From Heptranchias perlo (Eukaryota), in the NCBI RefSeq assembly GCF_035084215.1, contig NC_090353.1, forward strand, positions 35,774,001 to 35,838,000: 64,000 bases of DNA. Direction: 5' to 3'. A model generated the notes under the pieces. It had not been told where the DNA came from, ran no database searches, and saw only the letters and a program-made list of their open reading frames with translations. Of this stretch, positions 58,813 through 64,000 are shown piece by piece. Within the stretch, counting starts at the first letter, position 1. The number at the start of each line of letters is the position of its first letter. The position numbers and the translations under genes are program-made.

Positions 58813-61800
58813 CGGTGAGTAACCGATAAAGAACAATCAGTGGAAACGGTACCCAGTGTGCCTTGAGGAACGGGGGGAGAGGGAGGGAGGAGAGAGTGGG
58901 AGGGAGTGAGGGCGGGAAGGGACAGAGAGGGGGAGGGAGGGAGAGGGAGAAAGGGAGAGGCGGGAGAAAGGGAGGGGGAGGGACGGGGGGAAGGAGGGAG
59001 GGAGGGAGAGAGGAGAAGGGAGGGGGAGAGGTGGAGGGAGGGGACCGTGGGAGGAAGGAGGGACGGGGAGGTGGGAGGGTGAACTTGGGGAAGGGGAGCA
59101 AAAGCATTTTCAAAAACCTTTTCCTTATGTTGTACAGGACTCCGCCAAAATCCTGAGATGATGAAGTGGAACCGTCAACATGCAGAGATGGAGCAAACAC
59201 TCCTGTGCCAAGAGATTGAGGCACTGTTGATTGGAGGAAGAAACTATGGTTCTGAGTCTCTGGGTAGCGATCCTCAATAAAAAAACAAACGCAAACCTGC
59301 TTCTCTGTGACACGAATGGGAAACAAGATTCTTGTCCGTTACAACGGGAAGATTGTCCAGTGATGATATCGGAGTTGGTGGCTTTTCACTAAAGTTCAGA
59401 TTCTCTTGGTTGCCAAACACCCTCTGGGAGGTTGTCACCCTCCCTGTCCTGTCCCACGTATCTTCATATTAAAAACTGAACCCTTTGTTTTGAAGAAGTG
59501 ATGTTGGGCTGGTGATAACTGAGATCTGTAGCACAGGGCGGTTTCAGCCAAACTGGTTCAAGTAACAGTGACAGACAACAGCCTGCCCTAGAGTTAATAT
59601 GAACGTCCGAGAGACGGAATGAGAAAAGGCCACTCAGTACATCAGTCTCACTCCTTCCACGGTCCATGTACACTCTACTCCGTCATGGACTCTACCCACC
59701 CATTTAATCTCCTCCCATAGCCCGTGTACACTCTACTCCATCACGGACTCTACCCACCCATTTAATGTCACGGAATGAGAAAAGGCCACTCAGTACATCA
59801 GTCTCACTCCTTCCAAGGTCCATGTACACTCTACTCCATCACAGACTCTACTCGCCCATTTAATCTCCTCCCATAGCCCATGTAATGTCTACCCCATCAT
59901 GTCAATGAATCAATCATTCTTTCCCAGTGTCTTAAGACTGTGACACTTCCTCACCCACCTCAATCCACCCTTCCTGCCTGCAGTCTACAGAATTTTAAAA
60001 CCTAAGTTGACGTCCATTAACTACTGGACAACCCCTCTGCTCCTTCTCCTCCCTCCATGGTGTTGTGACCTGCACCCAGAGTCTTGGGCCTCTCAACAAA
60101 ATCAGGGATTAATTACACAATTGACAGATGCCTCCAATTGGCAAAAAGGTTGCCTTGACGACATGGTAAGGGGAGGGGATCAATTTTACATTACTACTAT
60201 TTGATTTCACTGGGGTTTTTTTTTGCTATGACGGTTAGTGAGCTTGAATAACACTGGGTGTTGAGGCTCAGAAACGTGGATTGGTTGGATTTTGCCAGCC
60301 TTTGTTTCACCGAGTCCTACACGAGGTTATAATGACCAGAAATGTCTATCAGTATTTTTTTTTAGCAAAACATAAGATGTTATCCAGGAACCGAAAAAAA
60401 GTCAAAGAAAAGAATCTGACTTTTGCTTCTGTAACAGTTGGTGATGGATTTAAGTGATGGGAAGCACTGGGATTTGACACTCTGTAAAGTGGGAGTTGTT
60501 ACTGCTCCCCCACCCCTCTGATGTACATAGGAACAGGAGCAGGCCATTCAGGCCCTCAAGCCTGTTCCACATATTTATTGAGTGAGATGTATATGTGTTT
60601 CTCAAGAAAGACTAGAGAAGCCGGGATTGTTCTCCTTGGAGCAAAGATGGTTAAGGGGAGATTTAATAGAGGTGTTCAAAATTATGAAGGGTTTTGATAG
60701 AGTAAATAAGGAGAAACTGTTTCCACTGGCAGGAGGGTCGGTAACCAGAGGACACAGATTGAAGATAATTGGCAAAGAACCAGGGTGGTGATAAGGAGAA
60801 TTTTTTTAATGCAGCGAGTTGTTCTGATCTGGAATGCGCTGCCTGAAAGGGCGGAGGGAGCAGATTCAATAATAACTTTCAAAAGGGGAATTGGATAAAT
60901 ACTTGAAAAGGAGACATTTTCAGGGCTGTGGGGAAAGAGCAGGGCAGTGGGACTAATTGGATAGCTCTTTTCAAACGGCCAGCTCAGGCACAACGGGCCA
61001 ATTGGCCTCCTTCTGTGCCGTAAGATTCCATGATAGTTTGTACTAATCCAGAGACCAATTAACTTAACACCAAATGAATTGTGTGTCTATATCTTTAATA
61101 TAATATTTCTGTGCATATTTGCAATAAAATATAACAATAAAACCAACTCTGGTGCCAAGTGAACAGATTTTGTTGCTTCCACTGGTCTCCAGATGAAACT
61201 CCAGTCATTCCGAAATCACATCCTGATCGGAGCAAAGCACGTGCCAGAGACACAGCGATCTGTGACTCCATGGGGTAATGTTCCAGCTTCAAGCTGCAGA
61301 TTTGCGTTTGCCTGCAAGTAACAGAAACTCAACGCTTGTGGTTTACAATTTTCTGACCACTCATTTTTAAATGTTTGAAAAACTGCGCAGCACATGCCCA
61401 AATTTCTGATTTGCGTTCCCAGTGAGCAAGGCAGTAAATCAACCCTCAAAAATAGATCATTGGGACCCCTCGATTACATTCGTTATTCTATATATAAAGC
61501 CCCCAAACCCTTTGGATAGATTCTCGCCTCAAGGACCTTGACCAGGGAGCCATTCCTCACGTGTGAGTCTGGACAGTGAGTGTCCAGATCCTAGGAGTGC
61601 AGAGGGCGCTCTGGAGAAAGTTGCCCTCACTGAACGCCCTACTTGTGTAGGATCTGTCGGGGTTATTGGACACCGAGCCACAGTGGGAGATCCTGCTGCT
61701 TTCCCCCCCTCCCCTTGCCCTGGAGCACAATGTAGGACCCTCACTACTGTGGTGGCTGAGATCAGCCACTTCTGCGCAGTCCAGTGGATTGAGCCCGGAA

Positions 61801-64000
61801 CCTTCTTACTCCGCATGGCTTGGCATTGCACTGGCTCGTGCGTTTTCCAGCTGAGCCATTGGAAGGGGGAGATTGAACTTTCGATAATCTTTCACATTCA
61901 GGTCCTATTTCAATCTGAAGATGTGCGAACAGCAAGGTGGGAAATAACGGAGAGCAACAAGCAGTTTCAGAAGGATTTAAAACTTTTAGGAAGTGGGCCA
62001 GTAGATGGCTGATGTCGTTCAATGTGAATAAACACAAATAATTAAAGCCCTGATTTCAACCTAACCCACCCAGTGAGAACCGGGAAGCAGTCGGGTCAGG
62101 CGCCAGATTTACACTGCACCTATTGGGGTCAATCAGGCGTAAAATCGGGTGGAGAGTGAATCGCCCGTCTGACCCGAACACGCCTTGATTCTCGCCTGGT
62201 CGGTTAGGTTGAAGTCGAGGCGTTAATGTGGGAGCAAGGAATCGAAATCTGAAATAAAAACAGAAAATTCTGGAAACATTTGGCAAATCAGGCAGCATCT
62301 GTGGAGAGAGATACAGAGTTAATGTTTCAAGTCTTTCCTCAGAACTGGAAGAAGTTAGAGATTTAACAGTTTATAAGCAAGTATAGAGCCAGAGAAAGGG
62401 GCGGGAGGGAGGAAAGAACAAAGGAGAAGGTCTGCGATAGGGTGGAGGACAGGAGTGATTAAATGACAAAAGGGATGATGATGCAAGGCAAGGAGGGTGG
62501 GAATGGAACACGTAAAGAAGCAAAAGATGGGTCTAGAGAAGTAAATGGTTTCAGCAGAACCATTACCAGCACTTGCTGTCTGAGAAAGGGGGAACGGTGG
62601 TTATGATCTGAAGCTCTTGAACTCAATGTTGAGTCTGGAAGGTTGTAAAGTCCTTGATCTCAAGAGGAAGTGACTCAAGCTGCTGTTGAGTTTCATTGGA
62701 ACAGTGTAAGAGGCCGAGGACAGAGAGGTCAGAGTGGGAGTGGGACGGAGAATTAAAATGGCAAGCGACCAGAAGCTCAGGGTCACGCTTGCAGACTTAA
62801 CGGAGGTGTGAAAAGGTGGGTAGGTGGGATTGAAGGATATGGTGAGAAGGTGGTTAGTTGGGATTGAGGGACATGGTGAGAGGGTGGGTAGGTGGGATTG
62901 AGGGAAGTGATGAGAAGGTGGGATTGAGGGACATGGTGAGAAAATGGGATTGAGGGATATGGTCAGAAGGTGGGAGATGGGACTGGGGGATATTGTGAGA
63001 AGATGGGCAGGTGGGGTTGAGGGATAATGGGAGCAGGTGGGTAGATGGGGTTGAGGAATATGGTGAGGAGGTGGGTAGGTGGGATTGAAGGTTATAATGA
63101 GGAGGTAGGTAGGTGGTATTTGGTGAGCAGGTGGGTAGGTGAGGTTGAGGGATATGGTGCGGAGGTGGGTAGGTGGGATTGAAGGTTATAATGAGGAGGT
63201 AGGTAGGTGGTATTTGGTGAGCAGGTGGGCAGGTGAGGTTGAGGGATATGGTGAGGAGGTGGGTAGGTGGGATTCAGGGATATGGTGAGGAGGTGATGAG
63301 AAGGATATTGTGGGATTATGAGAAGGTTAGATTGATTTATCGAAAAGGGACTTTTCCTGCTCCTAAAAATTCTTAAATTCTGAAGTGTGAGTCACCTAAT
63401 AAGTCAAAGTAAGCAAGAGATTTCAGTGAGAAAAGTTCGTAACCCTGCAGGGGCTGGCTTGCTGCCACAAACTGAAATGGTTTGAATCATGTGATTTCCA
63501 GTAAATGTTGTTCTGTGGGGGGGGGGGTTTGAAGATTTATGATGATGAGAGTGATTTTCTGATAAGTAGAAACGTTTCAATACGAAGGCAGCCTGGTGTA
63601 GTACAGCTAGTGCAGAGTAGGTACAGGGACCGGTGCTGTGTGGATCAGGCGGGGCCATTCTAGATGAATAAATCTGACAGTACGATGGGTTCCTCAGGAC
63701 GCAGAGATTGTATTTTAAAATATTTGGTCGGTTTACTGAGCCTGGTGGCTTTGATTTTTTTGTCTTCGTTTGTGTATGTGATGAACTCGGACCCTGTCCT
63801 CGAGCTGAAACAGTGTGAAAAGCGACTGCAAAACGAAACGTCTATGTTAAATGAATGTGAGCAGGCACGGGGGGAGAGCCAGTCCTTATTAAACAACTGC
63901 CAGGCTCAATCGGTGAGTAGTAAAACCATCGACAGTCCGTGTGTTATTGATTCTAGTAAAGGAAGCCCTTTAAGGGATGATATTTGTTGCTAAAAGTGAA
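54460..64000. repeat. Tandem segmental duplication unit 3 (truncated by window end)
   Basis: Colinear near-identical copy of units 1 and 2. Confidence 0.95.
63664..63912 (+). CDS. BST2: Exon 1 of a further gene-B-type tetherin-like copy; continues beyond the window
   Basis: Same translation as 32114..32362 (S60), followed by a GTGAGT donor. Confidence 0.7.

Overview
Vertebrate genomic DNA, most likely a cartilaginous fish (shark-type CR1 LINEs, DeuSINE-like SINEs, Penelope-like tails, minisatellites). Almost all short ORFs in the track are repeat-derived noise. Reading splice signals reveals a + strand cluster of tetherin/BST2-like genes: short cytoplasmic N-terminus, TM, coiled coil, C-terminal hydrophobic segment, intron phases 0/1/2. 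Gene A is join(18958..19248,22558..22654,24092..24245,27201..27321), 220 aa. From 22969 to the window end there is a recent ~15.7-kb tandem duplication (units start at 22969, 38597, 54460). Each unit carries exons 3-5 of gene A followed by the promoter and exons 1-2 of a divergent paralogue, gene B. The array therefore builds in-frame chimeric B/A genes (206 aa): two are complete and a third B exon 1 begins at the window edge. IRF/ISRE, GAS, NF-kB-like and AP-1 motifs flank the genes. The introns hold two solo LTRs with 4-bp TSDs, a Penelope-like insert with a minimal hammerhead motif, and young CR1 copies. The tetherin identity rests on architecture; no database search was possible.
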